From Nanobdellota archaeon (lineage in GTDB: Archaea > Nanobdellota > Nanobdellia > Pacearchaeales > GW2011-AR1), in contig JBBSXC010000001.1 of NCBI GenBank assembly GCA_038045945.1, forward strand, positions 52,592 to 116,591: a stretch of DNA of 64,000 nt. Direction: 5' to 3'. The stretch's first letter is position 1. Every line of letters starts with the position of its first letter. Shown in pieces: positions 37,124 to 46,917 of this stretch. The position numbers and the translations under genes were made by a program. The notes beneath the pieces are model-generated. The model was not told the DNA's origin. It ran no database searches and saw only the letters and a list, made by a program, of their open reading frames with translations.

Positions 37124-37507
37124 TTATAGCTTCATCATTTTTGCGAATTTTCCTACTATTGGTACATTTCTGTATTCGCCTTTTATTGCGTAGAACCAGC
37201 TCAAGACCCACAGTAGTACTGCTATAACGTATACTATTGGTCCGATGATCCATCCGAATCCAGGTATGCTTACAGCTACTGCTGATATTAGGTATACTAT
37301 GAATATCATTAGTGATTGTTTAGCGTAGAACATTACGTAGTGGTCTCTTCTTCTTACTAGTAGTGCTATGAAGAATCCTACTATGCTGAAGAATGTTGCT
37401 ATGAATGCGAATAGTTTGCTGTCATCGTTAAGCACCAGGTTTATTCTTGATTCAATTCCTGCTAAACCTTTTTCTTCCTTCTTTTTTGTGTTTCTTCTTT
37501 TTGCCAT
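37124..37507 (-). CDS. small membrane protein
   Basis: 3 TM helices. Confidence 0.45.
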   Translation of the reverse strand: MAKRRNTKKKEEKGLAGIESRINLVLNDDSKLFAFIATFFSIVGFFIALLVRRRDHYVMFYAKQSLMIFIVYLISAVAVSIPGFGWIIGPIVYVIAVLLWVLSWFYAIKGEYRNVPIVGKFAKMMKL

Positions 37508-37513
37508 TGTTTA

Positions 37514-37828
37514 TTATTTTTTGTGTGTTTCTCTTATTAGTTTAATTCCTGTTACTATTCCCCATATCCATGCTGCTGTTGGTGCTATAATTATTATTGG
37601 CACTCCTAGGGCTATTCCTACTCCGCTGATTATTAGCATTGTTCCTAAAAGTAGTCCTCCGAGGATTATTGCTATTTGCCATACTCCTTCTTTTATTTTT
37701 CCAGCTATTAGGCTTCCTAATCCTGGTAAGATTATTATGTTAAGTATTAGTGCTAGAATTGCTATGCTTTGTTCGTGATTAGCGTTGTTAATAGATTCTT
37801 TACCACCACTCTTTTTCTTTGCAGTCAT
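37514..37828 (-). CDS. small membrane protein
   Basis: Gly-rich TM helices. Confidence 0.45.
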   Translation of the reverse strand: MTAKKKSGGKESINNANHEQSIAILALILNIIILPGLGSLIAGKIKEGVWQIAIILGGLLLGTMLIISGVGIALGVPIIIIAPTAAWIWGIVTGIKLIRETHKK

Positions 37829-37903
37829 GAAAATTGTAAGATTTAGTAGTATTTAAATATTAATACTGAAGAAAAATTGTTATTTTTTTATAAGAAATTA
37901 GAA

Positions 37904-38041
37904 TGAGCCTATGCGGATTTGAACCGCAGACCTCCGGCTTTCTTAGCACGTATATGCCACTAAAGCATTAGTTCGCTCAAGTTGCTTGAGAGAACAACGT
38001 CTTATAAGACCGGCGTTCTAACCGGGCTGAACTATAGGCTC
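37904..38041 (-). tRNA. tRNA-Ile (anticodon TAT = UAU) containing a ~63-nt intron at the canonical 37/38 position
   Basis: acceptor GAGCCTA/TAGGCTC (perfect), D-arm GTTC-AGCCCGGTTA-GAAC, anticodon stem CCGGT...GCCGG with loop CTTATAA interrupted after position 37, T-arm TGCGG-TTCAAAT-CCGCA. Confidence 0.7.
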
Positions 38042-38223
38042 ATTCCCTAAAACCCATATCGCTACTAGCTAAAAAAGTGAAGTAAAAAACTCTATTTAAA
38101 GGTATTGTCCAGGTTCTTCACTTAACCTTTTCCCAATCCTCAATTCTGCCCTTAACAACTGCAAATAAGGTGTTATTTTCAGGTATGAAGAACTTTTTTG
38201 TTATTTTTTCTTTAAGGAAACCT

Positions 38224-38544
38224 TTATTTTTTATCAATAAATTTTGAGAATTCTCTAACTACTTTTCTAAACTTTTTTGTGTGCCCTCTTTTAGAGCCGC
38301 TTATTTGTCTGCTGTAGGCGTGGGCTAATTCATGTATTAATGTATTTATTTGTGATAATAAAGAGTTATTCTCTCCTATTGATATTATCCTTTTTTTTAT
38401 TTTGTAGTATCCCTTAACTTCTCTTTTTTTGTGGAATCCGTCAAAAAGGTTTATTTCTTTTATTACTAGTTTTCCTTTACAAAATTTTTTGTTAATTAGA
38501 AGTGTTATCTTCTTAAAAAGTAAGATTTTTTCTTTATTCTCCAT
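38224..38544 (-). CDS. small HExxH zinc-metallopeptidase-like protein (SprT/WLM-like)
   Basis: LIHELAHAY HExxH motif in 106-aa basic protein. Confidence 0.45.
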   Translation of the reverse strand: MENKEKILLFKKITLLINKKFCKGKLVIKEINLFDGFHKKREVKGYYKIKKRIISIGENNSLLSQINTLIHELAHAYSRQISGSKRGHTKKFRKVVREFSKFIDKK

Positions 38545-38651
38545 TGTTATTGTAATGTTTTTCTCGTATAAAAGGGCTTTTGTTGGACCGTTTTTTTAAT
38601 TGATAATGAGTTATAGGATAGTTTTTAATACTAAGATTAAGAAATAATTTT

Positions 38652-39836
38652 ATGTTAATAGGACTTGTTGGTGCCCCTAATGTTGGTAAAAGTACTTTTT
38701 TTAAGGCTGCTACTTTAGCTGATGTTTTAATAGCTAATTATCCTTTTGCTACTATAAAGCCTAATCATGGAGTAGCTTATGTTCGTATTGATTGTATTGA
38801 TAAAGAATTAGGCGCTAAGTGTAATCCTCGTGAGGGTTATTGTGTTGATGGTCAACGTTTTGTTCCTTGTGAATTAATGGATGTTGCTGGTTTAGTTCCT
38901 GATGCTTCTAAGGGTAAGGGTTTGGGTAATCAGTTTTTAGATGATTTGCGTCAGGCTGATGCTTTTATTCAAATTGTTGATTTGTCTGGTAAGAATAATG
39001 AAGAAGGTAAGGCTGTTGATGATTATTATCCTGGTAACAGTATTGCTTTTTTGGAGAAGGAGTTAGATTTGTGGTATTTGGGAATTCTCAAAAAGGTTTG
39101 GCCTGTTTTTGTTCGTACTGCTGAGATGCAAAAGCAGAATTTTGCTCAGGCTGTAACAAAACAGTTTTCAGGGCTGAAAGTAACTGAGGATGATGTTAAG
39201 AAAGTTTTGTTAAAGACGGGTTTAGACCCCCTTCATCCAACTAAGTGGTCTGATGATGAATTAATGAAGTTTTCAAACATGCTTCGGTCTTTGACTAAGC
39301 CTATGATTATTGTTGGTAACAAGATTGATTCAGCTAAGGGTAAGGAGAATTATGATAAGATTAAGAAGGATTTTTCTTATGAGGTTATTCCAGTATCAGC
39401 TGAGAGTGAATTAGCTTTGCGTGAAGCATCAAAGAATGGAATAATAGATTATGTTCCTGGCGATAAGGACTTTATTATAAAAGATGAGTCTAAACTTACT
39501 GATAAGCAAAGAATGGCTCTAAAGTTTGTTAAAGAAAAAATTCTTGACGTTTATGGCTCGACCGGTGTTCAAAAAGTTCTTAACATGGTAGTTTTTGATT
39601 TGTTAAAGTATATCGCTGTTTTCCCTGCTGGTACAAAAAAGTTAGCTGATAGTAAAGGAAATATTTTACCAGATTGTTATTTGATTCCTTCAGGTAGTAC
39701 TGCTTTAGATTTTGCTTTTAAGCTTCATACTGATTTAGGTAAAAACTTTATTAGAGCAATTGACGTTAGAACTAAACAAACTGTTGGTAAAGATCACAAA
39801 CTTAAAAATCGTGATGGTATTGAGATAGTAACTTAA
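38652..39836 (+). CDS. Obg-family P-loop GTPase/ATPase (YchF/OLA1-like) with C-terminal TGS domain
   Basis: GLVGAPNVGKSTFF (G1), DVAGLV (G3), NKID (G4), C-terminal TGS-like segment. Confidence 0.75.
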   Translation: MLIGLVGAPNVGKSTFFKAATLADVLIANYPFATIKPNHGVAYVRIDCIDKELGAKCNPREGYCVDGQRFVPCELMDVAGLVPDASKGKGLGNQFLDDLRQADAFIQIVDLSGKNNEEGKAVDDYYPGNSIAFLEKELDLWYLGILKKVWPVFVRTAEMQKQNFAQAVTKQFSGLKVTEDDVKKVLLKTGLDPLHPTKWSDDELMKFSNMLRSLTKPMIIVGNKIDSAKGKENYDKIKKDFSYEVIPVSAESELALREASKNGIIDYVPGDKDFIIKDESKLTDKQRMALKFVKEKILDVYGSTGVQKVLNMVVFDLLKYIAVFPAGTKKLADSKGNILPDCYLIPSGSTALDFAFKLHTDLGKNFIRAIDVRTKQTVGKDHKLKNRDGIEIVT

Positions 39837-39899
39837 GAATTCTTCTTTAGTTTCTTTTGCACATAAATCTTTTAATACGTATTAATCATTATCCTAATT

Positions 39900-41273
39900 A
39901 TGAGTTTTGATGAAAAGTTAGATCATTATGTTAATGGTATGGTTGATTCTTATTCTAGTGAGTTGTGTGATTTGGTTAATATTCCAAGCGTATCAAACGA
40001 TCCTACAAAGAAGGATGATTTACAAAGAATTTTGTTAAGAGTTAGTGAAATCGTTCAGCCTATTGGTTTTGTTACCCAAATTGTTCCAACAAAGGGTAAT
40101 CCTGCTATGATAGCAACACTAAAAATTAGTGATGATAAACCCTGGCTTATGATTTATAATCATATGGATGTTCAGCCTGCTAATGAGCCTGAGTGGAAGA
40201 CTCAAGCGTTCACCGCTACTATTACTAACGGTAAAATTATTGGTAGAGGTAGTACTGATGATAAGGGTCCTGCTCTTTCAGTTATTCATGCTATAAAGTT
40301 TTTGAAAGATAATAATCATGATTTGCCTAATATTCAACTGGTTTATGAAACTGAGGAAGAAATTGGTTCTCCCAATTTTGGTTCTTTTATTGAAGAAAAC
40401 CTTAAGATTGGTAAACTCATGATTCCTTCATCAATTCTTGTTTCTGATACTATTTTTGAGGGTGATAGTCCTAGTATTTCTTATAAGCTTAGGGGTGTTG
40501 TTAGGGCTTTTGTTACTCTTCAGACTGCTGATAAGGAAGTTCATTCTGGAATGGCTGGTGGTATTGCTAAGAATCCACTTAAGATTTTGATTAAGGCTCT
40601 TAATTCTTGTTATGAGGAAAATAATATTTTGATTCCTGGTTGGCATGATGGGATAATACCATTAACTGATAAGGAGAAGGAATCAACGAAGAAGGCTTCA
40701 ACATCGCTAATTATTGAGAAGTTTAAGAGTGATTTAGGATTGCTTGAAACTCATACTGATAACTCGCAAGAGGCTATTATGAGGCTTTGGCATCAGCCTA
40801 CTTTTGAGGTTCATGGCTTTGAGGGTGCTCAGCATTTGCCTGGTTCTATTAAGACTGCTATTCCTAAGTCTGTTACTGCTAAACTCACCATGAGGATTGT
40901 TCCAGGTCAAGATGTTGATAACTTGTTATTTCTCTTAGGCGAGCATTTGAGGAATACTCATCCTGGAATAATTGTTAGAGGTGATGGTCTTCCAGCATCA
41001 ATTACTGATATTAATAATCCTTTTGTTAAGAGGGCTGAGCAAGCATGTCTTTACGGTTTTGGTAAGGAGCCTTTGTTTGTTGGTTGTGGTGGCTCTATTG
41101 GTGCTGTTACAGAATTTCAGAGATTACTTGAGGGTGTTCCAGTTGTCTTAATCGCTCAATCTCTTCTTTCTGATGGTTATCATGCTCCTAATGAAGAATT
41201 TCGTTTAACTCAGGCTCAGGCTGGTTGTAAAACAATGGCTAAGTATATTAGTAGTATTGCGTTAATGAGGTAA
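39900..41273 (+). CDS. M20-family metallopeptidase (dipeptidase, CNDP/PepV-like)
   Basis: YNHMDVQPA and GRGSTDDKGP motifs. Confidence 0.8.
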   Translation: MSFDEKLDHYVNGMVDSYSSELCDLVNIPSVSNDPTKKDDLQRILLRVSEIVQPIGFVTQIVPTKGNPAMIATLKISDDKPWLMIYNHMDVQPANEPEWKTQAFTATITNGKIIGRGSTDDKGPALSVIHAIKFLKDNNHDLPNIQLVYETEEEIGSPNFGSFIEENLKIGKLMIPSSILVSDTIFEGDSPSISYKLRGVVRAFVTLQTADKEVHSGMAGGIAKNPLKILIKALNSCYEENNILIPGWHDGIIPLTDKEKESTKKASTSLIIEKFKSDLGLLETHTDNSQEAIMRLWHQPTFEVHGFEGAQHLPGSIKTAIPKSVTAKLTMRIVPGQDVDNLLFLLGEHLRNTHPGIIVRGDGLPASITDINNPFVKRAEQACLYGFGKEPLFVGCGGSIGAVTEFQRLLEGVPVVLIAQSLLSDGYHAPNEEFRLTQAQAGCKTMAKYISSIALMR

Positions 41274-41314
41274 TTACAATAATTTTTATAAAGTGAAACA
41301 ATCATTTTTTTGTT

Positions 41315-41833
41315 ATGGATTCTAAACAAGCTGATTCTTTTTTGGGTTTTACTTATTTAAGTCTTGATGCTTTGCAACAATTCTTAAGTGTTGATATTCC
41401 AAAGGCGAGGGATCCTTCTGTTCGTTTTCCTTCTTTAAGGCTTGATGATATAAGAGTTGTTGGTGTTGGCTCTTCTCATGATGGAACTAAGGCAGTTAGA
41501 GCTACTATTAGGGATTATTTTAGTTCTAGGAACGGAGATGTTTCTGGTAAGATAGTTTATGGCAAGGTTTTAGCTACTATGTCTGATGATCATAAAGGGG
41601 TTGTTGAGGCTGTAAGGTTTAGGCTCGATAGAGAAATACCTTTGATTAATCCTAGAAGTGGTGGTAGGCGTTGTAATTTTGCTCCTGAAACTAGTATTAG
41701 TCCTTGTAATACGAAAGTTTTAGCTCTTCATAATAAGGATAATTTTAGGTTGATGTTTGGTGCTGGTACTCTTAGTTTTTCTCAGGATTATTTTATTTCT
41801 GAGAAAGGTCTTGATCTTATGTATTCTTTCTAA
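41315..41833 (+). CDS. hypothetical protein
   Basis: 172 aa. Confidence 0.4.
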   Translation: MDSKQADSFLGFTYLSLDALQQFLSVDIPKARDPSVRFPSLRLDDIRVVGVGSSHDGTKAVRATIRDYFSSRNGDVSGKIVYGKVLATMSDDHKGVVEAVRFRLDREIPLINPRSGGRRCNFAPETSISPCNTKVLALHNKDNFRLMFGAGTLSFSQDYFISEKGLDLMYSF

Positions 41834-41845
41834 AAAAAAAGTTTT

Positions 41846-43882
41846 TTAGTGGTATTCGTTTCTTGCTTTGAATGAGTCTATGAATTTGCTGTTGTCGTCT
41901 CTGTTTACTACGCTGTTTAGTTCGTATGCTTCTGTGTCTCCTTTAACTATCTTTTTGACTTTTGTTGCTGATGCTACTCTTCTTTGCATTTGTTGTGATA
42001 GTAATACTTCGCTTGTTGCTCCGTCTGCTAATTTTTTTGCTAGGCTTAGTGTTTGTCCTAGGCTTGTGAATTTTAGTTTTTTTGTTTGTTTGTCTATTTC
42101 TACTACTAGGTCTCCGTGGTTTATTCCTATTCCGAATTCTATTTTGTTTGCTGGGTTTGATTTTGAGTTGTGTAGTGTTAGTACGGATTTTATTTCTTGT
42201 GCTATTATTAGGCTTGTGTTTTCTGTTTTGTATGTTTTCGTTGCGCTTGGTGCTAGTATTCCTATGATGAATTCTTCTGCTTGGTATACTGATCCTTTAA
42301 CTTTTGTTATTTGTGCTATTATTGTTTCTAGTGCTGTTTTGTAGTAGTCTTGTTTTTCTATTTTTTGTTTGTTTTTTATTTTTATTGCTATTATTGAGCA
42401 TGGTTCTTTAACTCCCCTTATTACTAGTGAGTGTTCTGCTTCTTTTGGTGTTACTCTTCCTATTGTTACGTCTGAGCTTCTTATTGTGCTTATGTTTGGT
42501 GCTTCGTAGTTTGTGTTTCCGTACTTGTTTCCTTTTACAAGCCTACTTAATGCTGCCAGTGAAGGCATGTAGTGTATGAATTTTTGTTTTCCTAAGCCTT
42601 TTGATACTCCGAATATGAATAGTCCTAATACGCCTAGTATGAATAGCCATACTAGCGAGTATCTTGTTATTATTGATGTGCTGTCTGCTACGTCGATAAG
42701 TCTTACTGCATTACCTGTTAGTGATATTCCTGATGCTGAGAATTTTCCTACCCCATCTGTTGCTGATACGTCGTAACTTCCGTCTGGTGCTTGTAAACTG
42801 TATATTGCGCTTTCACCAACTCCTAATTCTAAGTCTATTATTTCTTTGTTTGGTCCTATTCCTACCTCAACGCTTTTTTTGTATGGTACGTTTCCCGTAT
42901 TTGCTATTTTTAGTGTTGTGTTGACTATTTCGAATGTTACTTTTTCTACTTCTGGTACGTAGAAGAATCGTTTGTTGCTTAGTGATTCTACTTTTACTAC
43001 TATTGTTCTGTATCCTGGTGTTTCGTTTATTGGTAAATCAATCATTATGTCTTCTCCCGAGTTTACTATTTGGTCGTTTATTTTTGTGTCTTCTCCGTTT
43101 AGTAATGAGTATCTTGCTTGTGTTGTTATTTCTTTATCTGTTTGGTCGTATACTAATATTTTGAATTTGTATGGTGTTCCTGGTGTTGCTTCTTGGTTTT
43201 CTATTGATACTTCTATTTTTCTTGCTTCTTGTTTTACGAATATGTTGCTTTCTAGGTTTGCGTCGTTTATTATGTTTCCTTGTTTGTCTTTTTCGTAAAC
43301 TTTTGTTTTTATTGAGTATGTTCCTGATGCCATGTTTTGTGGTAGGCTGAAGTTGTATACTGCTACTCCGTTAATTACTGGTAAGTCTAGTGATATTCCT
43401 GCTTCTGCGAATGTTACTGATGCGAATCCGTTTATTGCTTTTCCGTTTGCTTTTGTTGCGCTTATTCTTATGATTATGCTTTCGCTAGGCCCTACTTCTT
43501 TTTTGTCTATTTCTGCGTATGCGTCGGTGTGGTCGCTTATTGTGAATGTTTGGCTTTGAACTGATGATGTTCCGTATGTTGCTGCTATGAAGCATGATCC
43601 TTTTAGTGGTCCTATGAATGAGTTTGATAAAGTGAATGATTTTCTTACAATTGTTGATGATAATATGTCGTGTGTTATTACTACTTTGTTTTGTTCGCAG
43701 TTAAGACTCATATCGAAGAAGTTGTCTGATAAGCTGTCCACTGTTGCTGCTAGTGTTATTTCGTCGCCTAAGTTGTAAATTGCTGCTGGTTGTTCTAAGA
43801 ATACTTCAGCTCGCACAGCGCTAACTGTTAGTAATAATGTTACTGCTAAAACTATTAATAATACTGTTGATGACTTCACCAT
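41846..43882 (-). CDS. receptor-like surface protein: signal peptide, large extracellular region, single TM, cytoplasmic degenerate class III nucleotidyl-cyclase homology domain
   Basis: N-terminal MVKSSTVLLIVLAVTLLLTVSAVRA; TM LVWLFILGVLGLFIFGV; C-terminal FGIGINHGDLVV...LGQTLSLAKKLADGATSEVLLS matches cyclase (R)IGIHTG..VVG...GDTVNLAARLE..G.ILVS, but metal-binding Asp positions are replaced (IIAIKIKN). Confidence 0.55.
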   Translation of the reverse strand: MVKSSTVLLIVLAVTLLLTVSAVRAEVFLEQPAAIYNLGDEITLAATVDSLSDNFFDMSLNCEQNKVVITHDILSSTIVRKSFTLSNSFIGPLKGSCFIAATYGTSSVQSQTFTISDHTDAYAEIDKKEVGPSESIIIRISATKANGKAINGFASVTFAEAGISLDLPVINGVAVYNFSLPQNMASGTYSIKTKVYEKDKQGNIINDANLESNIFVKQEARKIEVSIENQEATPGTPYKFKILVYDQTDKEITTQARYSLLNGEDTKINDQIVNSGEDIMIDLPINETPGYRTIVVKVESLSNKRFFYVPEVEKVTFEIVNTTLKIANTGNVPYKKSVEVGIGPNKEIIDLELGVGESAIYSLQAPDGSYDVSATDGVGKFSASGISLTGNAVRLIDVADSTSIITRYSLVWLFILGVLGLFIFGVSKGLGKQKFIHYMPSLAALSRLVKGNKYGNTNYEAPNISTIRSSDVTIGRVTPKEAEHSLVIRGVKEPCSIIAIKIKNKQKIEKQDYYKTALETIIAQITKVKGSVYQAEEFIIGILAPSATKTYKTENTSLIIAQEIKSVLTLHNSKSNPANKIEFGIGINHGDLVVEIDKQTKKLKFTSLGQTLSLAKKLADGATSEVLLSQQMQRRVASATKVKKIVKGDTEAYELNSVVNRDDNSKFIDSFKARNEYH

Positions 43883-44002
43883 TTTTCTTCTATAGTGTTA
43901 TCGAGCAAATAATGTATATAAATGTTATGAGGAAGAGAAACATACAATAAAGATAGTTATTTATCAGCAATCTCTGCAGACAAAGTTTATATAATTAGGA
44001 TT

Positions 44003-45145
44003 ATGACTGTTTTTATGGTAAAGGGTGAATCAATGAAGGTTACTCCTTATGAAGCAAAAGGGGAAATAGACTATGATCAATTAGTAAAACAGTTCGGTGT
44101 TGAGAGGATTGATCAAGATTTAATGAAGAGGATAGAAAAGAAGGCAGGTGAGCTACATTTCATGCTTCGCAGAGGAGTCTTTTTTGCGCATAGAGACTTA
44201 AAATTTGTACTTGAAGAGTACGATAAGGGAAACAAGTTTTATCTTTACACTGGGAGAGCTCCAAGTGGACCAATACATTTAGGGCATCTACAACCTTGGA
44301 TTTTTACTAAGTGGTTACAGGATACTTTTGGTGTAGAGTTATGGTTTCAATTCCCTGATGAAGAAAAATTTTTGTTTAAACCAGAGATGAGTTTTGAGGA
44401 TGGACAAAAATATCTTAATGATAATATGTTGGACATTATAGCTTTAGGTTTTGATCCTAAAAAGACTCACTTCTTGATAGATACTAAGCATGCAAATGCT
44501 ATGTACAAAGAAGCATGTAAAGTAGCAAAAAAGATTACTTTTAACATGGTAAGGTCATCATTCGGATTTGATGAAAGTGATAATATAGGATTAATATTTT
44601 ACACTAGTATGCAAGCTGTTCCAGCATTTTTGCCTTCGGTAATCGCAAAAAAGAATATTCCTTGTTTGATTCCTCACGCAGTTGACCAAGACGTCCACTT
44701 TAGGTTAACTAGGGATATTTTGCCAAAACTAGGTTATTATAAACCTGCAAGTATTCAATGCGTATTTTTGCCGCCTTTACAGGGGGTTGCTGGAAAGATG
44801 AGTTCATCACAAAGCAGTGAAGCAATACTAACTACTGATACACCAAAGGAAGTTGAGCGTAAGATTAACAGGTACGCTTTTAGTGGGGGAAGAGATACCA
44901 TTGAGGAGCATCGTAAACTTGGAGGAAATCCTGATGTTGATGTTTCTTACCAATATTTGAGGATGCTATTAGAAGATGATGATAAGAAACTAAAAAAGAT
45001 TCATGATGATTATAAGAGTGGAAAGATGACAACAGGCGAATTAAAGAAATATACTATTGATAAAATTAATTCTTTTTTAGCAGTTCATCAAAAGAAGCGC
45101 GAAGAAGCAAAAAAGGTTGTTGACAAATTTATTTGGAAAGAATGA
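44003..45145 (+). CDS. trpS: tryptophanyl-tRNA synthetase, archaeal/eukaryotic type
   Basis: YLYTGRAPSGPIHLGHLQPWIFTKWLQDTFGVELWFQFPDEEKF and AFSGGRDTIEEHRKLGGNPDVDVSYQYL are near-collinear with human WARS catalytic core; KMSSS. Confidence 0.9.
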   Translation: MTVFMVKGESMKVTPYEAKGEIDYDQLVKQFGVERIDQDLMKRIEKKAGELHFMLRRGVFFAHRDLKFVLEEYDKGNKFYLYTGRAPSGPIHLGHLQPWIFTKWLQDTFGVELWFQFPDEEKFLFKPEMSFEDGQKYLNDNMLDIIALGFDPKKTHFLIDTKHANAMYKEACKVAKKITFNMVRSSFGFDESDNIGLIFYTSMQAVPAFLPSVIAKKNIPCLIPHAVDQDVHFRLTRDILPKLGYYKPASIQCVFLPPLQGVAGKMSSSQSSEAILTTDTPKEVERKINRYAFSGGRDTIEEHRKLGGNPDVDVSYQYLRMLLEDDDKKLKKIHDDYKSGKMTTGELKKYTIDKINSFLAVHQKKREEAKKVVDKFIWKE

Positions 45146-45146
45146 A

Positions 45147-45785
45147 TTATTTTTCTTTATAAAAGACGTGTTTGAATTCTTTAGCATTTTTTATTTCATC
45201 AAAAGTTTTTCTTTCCATTAGTTTTGAGCCAGCCCATTTAGGACTAATAGCTAAAGTGTGATAATGAGTTTGTCCAAGATTATAAGAATTGGAATTTTCT
45301 CCTAAGACAGTATCTGCAGCTGTTAAGCATTCTTCCCATGATTTCGAGTCATATCTTTGTGGGTCCATAAGTTTTTTCTTATTAGGATCATTATCGTTAA
45401 AGCATGAGTATTGCCACTCTTTAAGTATAGAATCCTTTATTGTTTCCCCATTCCACTTTTTCCCATCTTTAGCTCTATTAATTGCCGTGTAAGCAATAAC
45501 CCTTTTTTCTTCTCTAGAACAGTTTCTTGCTTCTCCAAAAAGCATTCTAGCAATTATTACTTTATCACTATCATTTTTAAAATCATTAGTGCTATAATCT
45601 ACTTGTTTGGCTTTTTGTTTATCACTTTTTGGTAAATCAAATAATTCTAAGCGTTCTTCTAGTTGCGAGTTATTTGTTATTCCCTTAGGATTTTCTTCAG
45701 TATAAGTTTGGCTTTTATCAAAATAGTATATAAGCGCACTTAGACCTATTATTCCCCCAGCAACTATTTTTTGTCTAGTGTTCAT
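45147..45785 (-). CDS. SleB/CwlJ-like cell-wall (peptidoglycan) hydrolase domain protein, membrane-anchored
   Basis: N-terminal TM; IIARMLFGEARNCSREEKRVIAYTAINRA resembles Hydrolase_2 (SleB) core. Confidence 0.55.
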   Translation of the reverse strand: MNTRQKIVAGGIIGLSALIYYFDKSQTYTEENPKGITNNSQLEERLELFDLPKSDKQKAKQVDYSTNDFKNDSDKVIIARMLFGEARNCSREEKRVIAYTAINRAKDGKKWNGETIKDSILKEWQYSCFNDNDPNKKKLMDPQRYDSKSWEECLTAADTVLGENSNSYNLGQTHYHTLAISPKWAGSKLMERKTFDEIKNAKEFKHVFYKEK

Positions 45786-45797
45786 TTTTGTCTAAGC

Positions 45798-46046
45798 TTA
45801 TAGATGCGCTGCCTCCATTCTTCTATGCAATTTTTCTTTAGTTAATCCTAAATTTATTGCTTCGTCTAATAATTTTTCGTCAGCTAGGATAATAGCAGCA
45901 GCTAATTCTTTACCCTCAGGAGAATAATTATTACCTGCATTATTAGAGAAGTCTGTTCTTAGTGCTTCAAGGTCTATACTTCTTTGAGCGATTATTAAAG
46001 CGTACTGAGGTTTTTCTTTTAGTTTAGAGAAGTATTCTGGTTCCAT
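45798..46046 (-). CDS. hypothetical protein
   Basis: 82 aa; A-rich codon usage unlike T-rich neighbours. Confidence 0.35.
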   Translation of the reverse strand: MEPEYFSKLKEKPQYALIIAQRSIDLEALRTDFSNNAGNNYSPEGKELAAAIILADEKLLDEAINLGLTKEKLHRRMEAAHL

Positions 46047-46327
46047 TATTGATTGCTCCCTTCATAATTTTCTTCGTTAATTTTTCCAATAGGTTTGCAT
46101 TCGTCAAAAACTATTTCTTCAGCTTCAAGAACGCCTAAATCACTAGCTAAAGCAACAACTCCCCTTTCTCTTCTTTCAAGTTCTCTTGTAAGCATCCTGC
46201 TCTTATGGTGATTCAAAACTCCTGAACGGTAGCGTCCTTCAACTTGGTTATTAGCTACTTCAGCTGCATTGACGACAGGTCTAAATGCAGCAGCAGCATA
46301 CAAGACTTCTTTATAGTCAACTCTCAT
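46046..46327 (-). CDS. hypothetical protein
   Basis: probable start MRVDYKEV at 46327; stop overlaps next start (ATGA). Confidence 0.35.
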   Translation of the reverse strand: MRVDYKEVLYAAAAFRPVVNAAEVANNQVEGRYRSGVLNHHKSRMLTRELERRERGVVALASDLGVLEAEEIVFDECKPIGKINEENYEGSNQ

Positions 46328-46427
46328 AAAAACTACAGGAAAAAGAACTATATAAATCTTACTGATAGTGTATCTTAGTAGTAGTAACAAAAGGAAGATT
46401 TATATAGTATTGATGAATCAATGATTT

Positions 46428-46853
46428 ATGGTTAAAAAAGAAGTTTTTGATTGTGGATGTTACAGAGTATCGGGAAACTTTTATGATGACAATGACGAAA
46501 CTATAGCAACAGCTGTGGCTAGTGCTGCAAGGGAAGCTGAAGTAGCATCAAGAAATGCTAGTCAAAGACCAAAAGATTTGGACTTAATAGCGGGTAGTTT
46601 AGATGTCAGATTCAGAATTAGAGGATTTAGGGGGGAAGGAAGTCCTAGGGAATGGAGAACTGCTCCATTGAGTAATTTATCACATGCAGCCGGTTTTACT
46701 CGTGAGAAAGCAATAAGAGACTTTGGAAGAGCAAACTACCAGTTATTGGAAGATCCATTAATGCCACTACAAGAACACATATATGGGGACGGGATGTACA
46801 GAGCTACTCTAGAAAAAGCGCAATTAGCTGTAAAGTTAGAAGAAATGAGATAA
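46428..46853 (+). CDS. hypothetical protein
   Basis: 141 aa; YRVSG...ETIATAVASAAREAEVAS...DVRFRIRGF (faint dodecin-like pattern, not asserted). Confidence 0.35.
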   Translation: MVKKEVFDCGCYRVSGNFYDDNDETIATAVASAAREAEVASRNASQRPKDLDLIAGSLDVRFRIRGFRGEGSPREWRTAPLSNLSHAAGFTREKAIRDFGRANYQLLEDPLMPLQEHIYGDGMYRATLEKAQLAVKLEEMR

Positions 46854-46917
46854 AAAGTGAGAAAAATTATTATTATCTAATTAAAACTTTTATAAACTCT
46901 TCTTTTGTTGTTATTGT

